This document shows positions 48,000 to 58,800 of a stretch of 64,000 nt of DNA, piece by piece; the first letter of the stretch is position 1, and the number at the start of each line of letters is the position of its first letter. Origin of the DNA: Takakia lepidozioides (taxonomy: Eukaryota > Plantae > Bryophyta); NCBI GenBank assembly GCA_030704615.1, contig CM060733.1, forward strand, positions 6,882,001-6,946,000, written 5' to 3'. The notes under the pieces are model-generated. The model ran no database searches, was not told the origin of the DNA, and worked only from the letters and a program-made list of their open reading frames with translations. The position numbers and the translations under genes were made by a program.

Positions 48000-50152
48000 A
48001 TGTTGTATTTTCTTCTGATCCATAAAGACGCCTTTGTCGGAAATAATATAGCCCAGAAATTTGACCTTAGATTGATGGAAAAGACATTTATCCAACTTGG
48101 CATATAGTCCTCTTTCTCTCAATTTATCAAGGACAAGGCGTACATGGCGGCCATGTTCTTCTTCATTCTGTGAAAATATCAAATGTCGTCCAAATAGATG
48201 ACTACAAAGTCATCTAAAAATTCTCGAAAGATGTCAGTCATCATATGTTGAAAAATTGTTGGAGCATTGGTAAGATCGAAAAGCATAACACTGTATTCAA
48301 AATGTCCATACCTTGTTCGAAAAGTTGTTTTCCATTCGTCTCCTTCTTTTATCCGTACAAGATTATAAGTTCATCTCAAGTCGATTTTGGTGAAAAACTT
48401 CACTCGTCCCAGCTGGTTGAGAAGCCCAGAAATCAGCGGCAACGGATAACGATTCTTGATTGTGACTTTATTGAGACCGCGATAGTCGACACACATGCGT
48501 AATGATCCGTCCTTCTTTTTCACAAACAAGATAGGCGCCCCCACAAGTGATTTTGAATGTCGGATGAAGTGCTTCGACAAATTTTCATCAATGTATTCAC
48601 GTAATGCAGCCAACTCCGTCTGGGATAAGTTGTAGATTGGGCCGAATGGTGGTTGGGCTCCTTCTTGTAACTCAATTGCATAGTCATAAGGTCGATGTTC
48701 TGGCAACATGTCTGCATTTTTCTTCTCGAAGACATCTTTGAAATCTTGATATTGAGCGGGTAATATTGAAGTACATTTGTCTATTGTGGTCTTGATCGGA
48801 GTCGCATAAAGTGCAAATGCCGCCTCTTTTTTGGTAGCTCTCATGAAAGCTCTAGCTCCAAGGAATAGGGGTTGAATACCTTTGATATTTCTACATTTTT
48901 GTCTTGCAGAATTTTTTCGCGATCGCCAGTCGATGTCGAGATTGTGAAGTACGAACCAGGGAAGTTCAACGATCATAGGATTCGTTTGAGACTGGATGAC
49001 ATTGAGAACAATATGTGATGCTTGATCTTTAAGCTTCACTTCAAGTGGTTGAGTTTCATGGTCCACATTTCCTGATGCTAACGGTCGTCCATCGCTGACT
49101 TCAACGGGGGCCGAGGGTTTCTTCTTTACGAGCGTTAAATTGTGTTGCTTCGCAAAGTTTTTGTCCATAAAACAAGGTGAAGCTCCTGAGTCCAAAAGTG
49201 CTTCTACAACGATATCTCGATTTTGCATTCTGATTTTTCGAACACTTGAGTTGTGCCCCGAGCTTTGAATCTTCTCTTGTTGGGGCAGTTTAATGCTATG
49301 TGATATTCTTCTTCGCAATAGTAGCATAATCCATTCGACTTCCGTCTTTGTTTTTCTTGTGGCGTCAATGGTTTGAATCGGATAGCATCAATCTGCATAG
49401 GATCACTACTGGATGTCTGATGGATCGTTGTATTTGGTGTCTTAGTAGTAGTGACATGATGCGTCGTCGACCATCCAGATCGCTTCTCTTGACGTCTTTC
49501 GAACAAACGATTATCGCTTGCAATGACTTGGGTGATGAATTCACTCAGTGTGCCTCTTCTCATTCCAATCGAGGTTGCACGCAAGTTGTCGAAATTCGGC
49601 AACATAAACAGAAGCAGGACGTGCTCCTTGTCGAACATTTCGCATCTTTGTTTCTGCAACTCTCTCTCTATCATTCTCTCTAAACGTTGCAGTGAACTCG
49701 GACATGAATACTTCAAAATTATATAATAAATGCGATTTTTTTTCTAATAGCGGTGCAAACCAAGATAGGGCAGTGCCTGATAGAAGGGTGCCCACGAATC
49801 CCACTTGAATACCTTCATCGGGGTAGCATTGTGGATGTAGTCGTAGGAACAATCGTACTTGTTGAACAAAACCGCGAAATCTTGATCTCGTCCCATCAAA
49901 TTTCTCGGGCATGTTGATCTTTGGTTCTCTCGTAATTTGTTGAAGAGGAACCGTTGCAGTAGGGACTCGTATGGTTGAAGATCCATTGTTCGACTACTTT
50001 AACTCTGAAATTTGTTGTTGCAAATTGTGGAGAGCGTTGCCAAGATCTTGAGACTGATCAGCTTGCAATTGGGCGGTAGATGTACGAAGTTCTTGCATCT
50101 GGAGCTGAAGACTCTGCAATGTGGTGACCATTTCCGCAAATGTGCCTTCCAT
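48000..50152 (-). pseudogene. Outer gypsy gag-protease-RT
   Basis: ORFs 49541-49912, 49204-49716, 48371-49327 and 47955-48182; [22 protein letters not shown], with frameshifts. Confidence 0.9.
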
Positions 50153-50199
50153 CTTAACTAACCAACGAACAAACTTTAGTCTCGCTAAACTGCGCTAGC

Positions 50200-53100
50200 A
50201 TGCATTCTACACACTAGCCAACCACACCATGCATCACCATTCCAAACAAAATAGGAAGCACAACATTTGGAACCCATTTCCTTTATTACAAATTTTTGTA
50301 CAATACAAGTTTTTGCAATCGAATTCCTAAGCTAGCTAAACCGGGCTAAGCATGCATTTCCTCCCCCACGCTCCAAGGTTGATGTCCCCATCAATGCTTC
50401 TTCCGATTTTGAGGTCGCCCTTCGAAAACTGCAACCGTCTCGGATGCGTTTCCCATTTCTGAGGCACGCACCCAAGATGCCTCCACATGATGATAGCCCT
50501 TCCATTTGACGAGATACTCCGTTTCTCGGTTCTTGAACCTCCTCGACTTAAGTACTGCCTCCACCTCGTACTCAGGTTCATTTTCATGATCCAACAGCAC
50601 AGGTGGCGGACACAACACTTGATGCCAATTCGGACGCGCTTCATCTTTGAAGTAAGGCTTCAAAAGGGAGACGTGGAATACTGGATGCACCTTGCTGTTT
50701 GCCGGCAGCTCCAATTCATACACATCCTCATTCATAACCTTCCGGATGTGAAAGAGTCCCGCATATGGAGGTACGAACTTTGGACTCACTTCCGGAGGTA
50801 GTCGGAAATTCTTGATGTTCAACCAGACCTCCGTGCCTGCCTCAAACTTCACTTCCCTCCACTTCCGATTCGCCTGCCTTTCATACCATTTCCTAGCTTT
50901 GGCAATGTTGTGCTTTGCGAACTTCAACAAACGCTCGCGTTCTTCCAGTACCTCTGCTACTGCCGGTTCCTCAACGTCCTGGGCGGCCCAACTTGTCGGC
51001 ACCAGAGGTGCCTTTCCATAGACCAATACGAAAGGGGAAACTCCCGTTGCGGAGTGTTCTGTGTTATTATAACAGAACTCTGCCGCGTCTAAGTGTTCCA
51101 CCCAGTCTGTTTGGTCTGCTGACACGTAATTCCGCAAGATCTGCTTCACTACGGAATTCACTCTTTCCGTTTGGCCGTCGGTCGTAGGTCGGAAGGCGGT
51201 GCTCATCTTCAGCCTCGTCCCCATCTTCTTCCAAAGTGCCCTCCAAAATTTACTCGTAAACTTTGGATCGCGGTCCGAGACAATATCCTTCGCGACTCCA
51301 TGATGCTTTAAGACGTGGGCGAAGTAAAGTCGCCATGTTTCCTGCGCCGTTGCCGTCTCCTTGGTGGGGATGAAATGGCCCATTTTACTGAACCTATCCA
51401 CCACCACCATGATTGCATCGAATCATTTTGACAGCGGCATAGCAGTCATGAAATCCATCGAGACGCTTTCCCAAGTCCCCTCTGGAATCGGCAAGGGTTG
51501 TAACTCGAACGGACGATCGAACTCCGGGATTTTCAAGACTGGAGCTTGCTTCAATTCAGCAAAAGCTTGGCCACAAATGGTGTTCCATGCCTAGACTTTG
51601 GATTTACACAGAAGGTCTGACAGCGGCCCTGTGATCTTGGCGAAATTTCTCACATACTTCCGGTAATAGGAGGCGAGTCCTAGGAAGGATCGCACTCCCG
51701 GGACCGAAGTCGGAGGCTCCCAGTCCAAGATTGCCCTCACCTTCCTGTCATCCATTCTGATCCCATCTTGTGTAATCACATGCCCCAGGAACTCCACTTT
51801 TGTGACCCCGAATTCGATCTTTGAAGCTTTGGCATACAGCTTCCCTTCCCGCAATTTCTGGAACACCCTTTTGAGGTGCTCCAGGTGCTCCTCCTTTGTT
51901 TTCGAATACACCAAGATGTCGTCGATGTACACGATCACAAAGTCATCCAACCACTCCTAGAAAAGGCTGTTCATCAGCGTGCTAAAGGTCGCGGGAGCGT
52001 TGGTGAGTCCAAAAGGCATCACCAAGAACTCATATGAACCATACCTTGTCCTGCACGCGGTCTTCTTCTCATCTCCTTCCGCCACTCGAATTTGATGATA
52101 GCCGGAGCGCAGATCGATCCGGCTGAAATACTTCGCTCCTGCCAACCGATCGAAAAGGTCGTCGATCATTGGCAAAGTGTACCGGTTTTTTATAGTCACC
52201 TTATTCAAAGCCCTGTAATCGACACACATCCGCAGTGTCCCATCCTTCTTGTCTGCGAATAGCACCGGGGCTCCGTAAGGTGACTTACTCGGCCGGATGT
52301 ACCCCTTTGACATTAGATCTTTGAGCTGAGTCTTCAGCTCGACCAACTCTCTGTGGCTCAACCGGTAGGGCGCCTTGGCAGGCGGTTCCGATCCCGGTAT
52401 CACCTCAATCTTGTGGTCAACTCCTCTTCGCGGTGGCAAGCCGCTTGGTAAATCCTCTGGCATCACATCCTGGTATTTCTCCAAAATCCCCTTGATCCAA
52501 TCTGGGCTCGGCTCCCCATCGCCTTCTCCCTTCACTTCTCTAATGTAGAGCAAAAACTGGGGCTCGTGTGCCTCCTCCATGGCCCACTCCCTTGCTGACA
52601 GAAGGTTTATTCGCCCTCCCACGGGTTTGGGCGTTTCCGACACTCGTAAGACCTCGCCACCATTCCCACATGGCAGCGTGACTACTCTCTTGCGGCCATC
52701 TATGACTGCTCCGGATTTGCTCAAAAAGGTCATCCCCAAAATGAGATCCACTCCATCGATCTCGCAGATGGTGAAGTTCTCACGTCCCTCCCAACTCCCC
52801 AGTTGAAGAGGAACATCAAACGCCAACCTTGTCGCCAATTGCGGTTCTCCTTTGGCAGAAGCACCTCAATAGAGGCCCCCGCGTCACTTGTCGGGAGTCC
52901 TAGCTTTTGTGCCGTTGCCGGTGTCATGAAGGAGTGCGACGCTCCTGTGTCCACCAACAACGACACGTTAGTTCCGGATATTATCCCATCCACGAACAAT
53001 AACTGACTCCCTTACGTAAGGCGCCAGTTTCCTGATACAATTCACAAGAAAATTTGCCTACCTTGCAAGTCCTGGCGACCACGCTTCTACCAAGCGACTG

Positions 53101-54990
53101 ATGGTATCTTCCGACAGCTCTGTGGTCGCCCGAGTCATGTTCAGTTGCCGGGGCTTCGTGCACTTCTTGGCCATGTGCCCGGGTCCCCGCAATTGAAACA
53201 CACTCCATCAAAGGTCACCTTTTGTCCGCCATAGGCCGCTCCACCCGCTTTTCTTCGAAGCACCGGGTGCCGCCTTGATTGTGAAGGCCCTCCCTTCGAT
53301 TTCCACGTGCCATTGTCGCCGCGTGGCCTATCCCACTTCTTTTCCGGTCGGAAGGAGTCACCTTCCCGCCGGGTTTGTGGTTCAGCTCCGTACGGCCTTG
53401 TCTTTCACCCTTAGGGACATCTGAGAAACATTCAGCCCTCTCAATTGCCTCGTTCAAAGTCTTAGGTGGCTTCTCCTCCAACTTCCGCCTGGCCCATGGG
53501 GCCAGTCCCGCCACAAAGTTGAAGACCATTTCTGGTTCTGCCATGTCCGCGACTTCGAGCAACAGCACATTGAAAGCCTGAACGTATCCCCGAATGTCGT
53601 CTGTTTGCTTCAAATTCCTCATCTTGTCCCGGGCGAGCCAAGACGCTTTGAGGGGCATAAACTGCCTCTTCATCAATTCCTTGAACCCACTCTAGTTCAA
53701 GGTTTCCGGGCTTGGACCTCGGTCGTGAAGGCGTTTCTGCCACCATTGTTGAGCATAGCCCCTCAAATAGGTGGGAACCACTTCCACCCGATCCTCGTCA
53801 CTCAACTTGGCCGCCCGGAAGTACTGCTCTAGCTCCAAGAGCCAGGTGTTGAGTGCCTTCCGATTTCGGACGCCCTCGAAGGTGCCGGGTTCCTTAGGCT
53901 TCACCTTAAACTTTGCCTTAGTGGAAGTGGCATTAGCCGCCTTCAACACGTCTTTCAATGTCCCGCCAAATTGCGCCAACAACCCTTCCCAAAAGGCTGC
54001 CGGCATGGGAGGCATCTGTTGGTCGGTCGGAGCTCTCAGGGATTCCTCAGGCTCCGACTCCTCAGATTCCTCCCGCTCTTGAGCGGCCTCGTTTTCGGAA
54101 ACATGCATTGCTTCCTCAAACGGCCGCCTCGGTGACACGTCGCCCCCATCGGGCTCACCAAGATCATCATCTTTTGGGCCGTTCCGTTTTTGCTTTGGCT
54201 TGCCCGACCCCATGATGAGGCCAACCCCAGAACGATCGCGTACTGAACTCTAAGCTCTGATACCAAGTGTCGCGCACCTCAATTCGGTAAGCTCCCCCCT
54301 CAAGTCATAGTTACTCGCTTGATGCGCGTGCCTAACTCCCAACCTGGCCGCCGGGCCAACTTGGAGCTCCGGCTGCTCACCGGGGCATAACAATCCCCCT
54401 TTGATCTCCCAAAGAACCCTCCAACGATTTGGAACCAGCGGAATTCCCTTTGGTAGTTGGCAGTCCGGAACAGCTCCCCACTCTTTGGTCGCTTTCCGGC
54501 TCGCTCGCTTACTCACTAGTTTTTGGTCACCAACGGGCTTGCACCGTTCTCGGGGTTACTACTCCCTATATATACTTCTGTAGCTGTCCGCGGGGGTTTC
54601 ACAAACAACCCTGCCATTTTATGGCGAACCACCACGAACACCCTCGACTCCCGGTGATGAGTCGCGGTGAGTCTTTGGCCCACCCACCACGGCCCCTGAC
54701 CGTGATGAGTCCCAAGACTCCCCACGACCCCCACCACGAGGTCTCCGCCCCAGGGTGAGTCCTATGCCACCCCCACTAAGTCCCGCTAAGCTACCACCAC
54801 CCCTTGTGGAGGCACCCCCACCGCAACCCGGTGTGCGGGGCTCCACCTAGTGAGCGCCTCCGCCTCCTTGAGTGCCTTGGGCACTCAAGGGTGCTTCAGC
54901 CCCCCATACCTATCGCTGCTACTGCCCCCACCACAGGGGCAGCCCCTCTTGTGTCCCGACCTCCTGCCCTCAAGGTAAAGGGCCGCGACA
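50200..54990 (-). mobile_element. Second Ty3/gypsy chromovirus inserted in the 5' LTR of the outer element; 5' LTR 54268-54990, 3' LTR missing
   Basis: LTR TGTCGCG...CGCGACA. tRNA-iMet PBS TGGTATCAGAGC (complement at 54254-54265). gag 53215-54213, protease LVDTGASHSF, RT YIDDILVYS, integrase and chromodomain 50391-51410. Confidence 0.9.
54254..54265 (-). promoter_or_regulatory. Primer binding site (tRNA-iMet)
   Basis: TGGTATCAGAGC lies two bases inside the 5' LTR end. Confidence 0.9.
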
Positions 54991-55484
54991 ACAAGAGTAC
55001 AAGATATTGGAACACGACTTGAATATTGGAATGCTGGAAACTGGACTGGAAAACCAGATACTGGAAACTGGGCTAGAGTACTGGGAACTGGAAACAAGAG
55101 TAGCTTGAACTGGTGTTGGCGCGACTGAAGAGTGTCTAGTCTCGCCTCTTATATATACTGACTACTAAGAAGCTTCCACAAGAAGCTTCCTCTATGGAGG
55201 TTTCTGAAGAAGTTTCCAAGATTAAACAAAGGTTTCTTGATGGAGAAGCTTCTTTAAACAAAAGAGGTATCTTGATGGAGAAGTTTCCTCCAAAGGAAGC
55301 TTCCTGAGTAGTTTCCCAAGTTACTCTTGGTAATCTGGTAAACTCCCGGAAACTTGGTAAGTAATAGTAAATCATGGTAGATCATGGTAAATCATGGTAA
55401 GTCATGGTAATATTTGGTAACATGGTAACTTGGTAACTTCTGGTATTTACTCATGGTAAGTTATTCTGGGCTATGTCCATGACA

Positions 55485-58105
55485 AAGGCAACTTTGGAGA
55501 TCCATCGGGATTCGACTTCCACATCTTCACCCCACCTTTTTTGGGGAGCCACTCAGAATCAGTAGCAAACTTCTTAAACTTCATGACAGGCCAACCATCT
55601 TTATCTACATAGAATCAAAATACATGCATTTTTGTTTGCCCAACTAAAGCCTCTTTTCCATCGAGAATGCAACTGTCCACATACGCCTTGACATCTGGTA
55701 TCTCTTGAATGATTTGAGGAATAAATTGCAGATCTTGAGAGATCATAAAAAACCTCATAAGATCGGAGAGAACATAGGTGCTGTTTTGCTTTAGCTTCTT
55801 CGATAAATAATTGAAATTGATGTCCTCATAGGTATGGCCAACCATGAGAAATCCCATCTGAATCTCCTCAAACATTCCTCTCGCAGTTAGGAGCGACAGA
55901 AAAGCCAGCATCCACCTGTTTTTGTTTTCCTTCACGCAGTTGTCCAACTGCAGGTAGAGTCTTTGCGGAAGAGGGACTTTTCCTTTTTTCTTCTCCTTAT
56001 TGCCGAAAGGTTTCAGGACGTCGAGACGCCTCGATTTACCCTTCATGAGAGATTTGAAAAAGAAATTCTGAGGTGGGTAGTCAAAGATGTTACGACTTTC
56101 GCGGCAAAAGGGCTTCTCTAGTTGGCGGAGGCATCTTGCTAGAGAGCCAATCGTGAAGTTTGGGTCTCCCGGCCAGAAGTCCAGAGAACACTGTCCATAG
56201 GCTCCGTCCTTGTGGCCGTGGGTGACCATGCCGGTCAGCGAGAGTGAAAGCTGACCTAAGCCGGAGACCATCTTGTTCGGCTTGTGCAACCTTGGAATAG
56301 CTATTTTCCGATGATCCATCTTGTCATGAATGATGCAGATGAACTCAAACGGCATCATAGCTGACTCATTCCTCCAGCTGTGATAGAGTCTCCTGCAAGA
56401 CTCCTGAAGCCTGAGGTGCTTATCAAGTGCTTTCTTGTGCGAGGCCTGCTCATCGCTATGTTTGACCGACTTTTTGATTAGGTCTTTGAGCATCTCACAG
56501 TCTGTGCATTTGGCAAACGTGCTACCATTTTTTCTAGCCTTGACATTGGGAAAAATCCGTTGTCTGATTCTGCTGACGGCTGCATGGGAGATAGGCTTCA
56601 ACCCACATATTTTATTTACCTACAAGACAGACACTGGGGAAGAAACCTCGCGCGATCGCCTGAGCTTTAATAGTGAGAGGTCTGATACATTGCGTGGAAG
56701 CAAAACAGCGAAGGTCCGAAAAAATATAGAATTCGGAAAGTGGTAAAAATAAGAAGAACTGATCTCATTACACTCCTCACGAAGTTTTTTCCAGTTCAGT
56801 TCAGGTGGCAGAACTCGAAGAATATCTCTCCGTCGTCTCCAATACAACAGGTCTTATGACGCAAGAGATCGGAATTTCTGTTTACAATCAACATTAAGTT
56901 TCCTTCAGCTTGACGAGTTTGGGGCCGTTTCACTCCGTGCAACGATGTAACCACACCATTTCTGCTTAGTTTTTTGTATTCCACGTAGGTTGAACGACCG
57001 ATTCCGTGAATTGTCCACTGAGCTATCTCACACACATCAACGCCCTCAATGGTTATATAGGCCTTTGTCGAAACCCCGTCGATTCGATGAAGTCTTTTGG
57101 GCACATCAAAACCAAGCTCTCTCCGTTTGTCGTAAGAAGATCCCCAATAAGCAGTCCGGATAACGAGTGTTTTTCTCCAGTCGAAATATTGGCAACACTG
57201 TAAATTGCAACATTGTTTGCAAATTGCTGCTGACTTCTCGAACTGTCTGCAAAGAGATGTGAGAATTTATCTTTTAGGAATTGTCTTTTTTCGGATTTTT
57301 TTTTGGTCTGTTGAAATGTCGGTATGCTGCTTTTTCACACCTTTCTCATTGTGACCAATATTTGTTTGTTCCTTGCTATTGATGAACCTATGAAACTCAT
57401 GTAACAATGTCCTGCCACTATCAATCAACCAAGTTTGTGTCAGTGGCCAGTTCACGAGTGGTCGAACTGCCATTCAAAATCCTTGTAATGAGCGTGATGT
57501 TCTCCAACTTTCTCACAAAATATCACCTCGCCAGGATGACATGCTTGAATTCTGCCCTCGTACAAAGCACTTTGTTCATCTCCAAGGACAATATTGGTAC
57601 CCTTTTTAATTTGTAATTGTTTTCTAACTTTTATCTACAACGAATATATTGTACCCTATATTTTACTCATTTTATTTCTCCAACTGTCTATATCCATAGC
57701 AACATTGTTATTCAGAGACGGCCTTGACATGTGAGATTCAGTTTGTTCATTGAATTTTGGATCGGAATCATCCGCAGATGTCAATTCGACCTCCGAGAAC
57801 TGAGGATCCTCATTGTTGGTGTTGATGTCAGTTCCGATATCTTTTTGAATTTGCACAACATCCCAAACGACAGGTGTTCTGATTGCTTCTCCCAAAGAGT
57901 CCGCATCCATGTGCGGATATGGCAACGACACAGAAAAATGTGCTGGATCGCAAGACACTATAACAACAGATATTGTGGACCCGTTTAGCTGTCGTCCGTG
58001 GCAACTTCCGCAACCAGTCACGTTAAGACATTCTGCTGTTGCGATGATAGAGTTCGAGCCCTGAAGAGCGAGGAAAACTTATTGACCAGTTTGGAACAAC
58101 GACAT
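55485..58105 (-). pseudogene. Sola-like transposase copy 2, 5' part and catalytic core
   Basis: Start MSLFQTGQ*VFL aligns to copy 1 MILETGQKVFL. Core LYLQLDNCVKENKN...FLMVGHTYEDI. The intron is at the same position as in copy 1 (about 56621-56763) but its donor reads AT. The segment ends at PDGSPKLP at the LTR. Confidence 0.85.
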
Positions 58106-58800
58106 TTCCACGAACCTCGTGGGATCGCGCGTGTATCCTACAGTAGAGATGTTGGTGATTAATGATTTGGCACTATATCGATGGACACTAAGAAAGAGTG
58201 AAACAATAAGTTACTGAAGTTTGTTTAGAAAAACTGAGGATGAAGATGAAAATGAACCTGTCGCGATCGTCCGCGTGTAGGGTTATAATGATTTGGGAAT
58301 TGAAAATAGAACTCGGACTCTCGGATTATGTACTAGAATGTAGAACGTAGGTCTGTATTGGTCGAAACAAAAATTTGTAGAAAATCAAAGGATTTGCTAA
58401 AGCTACGACCCGAATGTACAACATTGTCTACGACTCGATAACAGAAATAGAACAATCTCGACGGGCATTCGCGCGTGGTTCAGATGGATGAAATGAAGGA
58501 CGGATGAATAATGGTAGACGAGTTTCGGATGACAAATAAGAAAATGGATAAATAAATGAAAACATGGATGAACGAAACAGCTGTAGTGCGAGTGATCATT
58601 CGAAGTACATAAAACGGTCGGGTGTGTAGGGAAGATCTTTGCAGACAGTGGATGGGAACAGAGGAGCAGAGAGACCGAAAAGAAACCCAGATGAAGTGGA
58701 GAGGCTCTCAATATTGACAGAATTACAAAGGAAAGAATGAACGTAAGACAGACAGTCCTGAAGATCAGCGAGCCAGAGCAACTGAGAGGGAAAAAATGGC

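Larger units (their letters stand above)
43809..55484 (-). mobile_element. Ty3/gypsy chromovirus (Tcn1-like), outer element; 3' LTR 43809-44440, 5' LTR remnant 54991-55484
   Basis: LTRs start TGTCA and end TGACA. 5-bp TSD CAGGC/AAGGC. PPT complement at 44441-44456. gag PEKFDGTRSRFRGF with a CCHC knuckle, protease LLDSGA, RT, RNase H, integrase and chromodomain YEVDEVLD...YFVHWKGY...TWEP. Confidence 0.9.
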
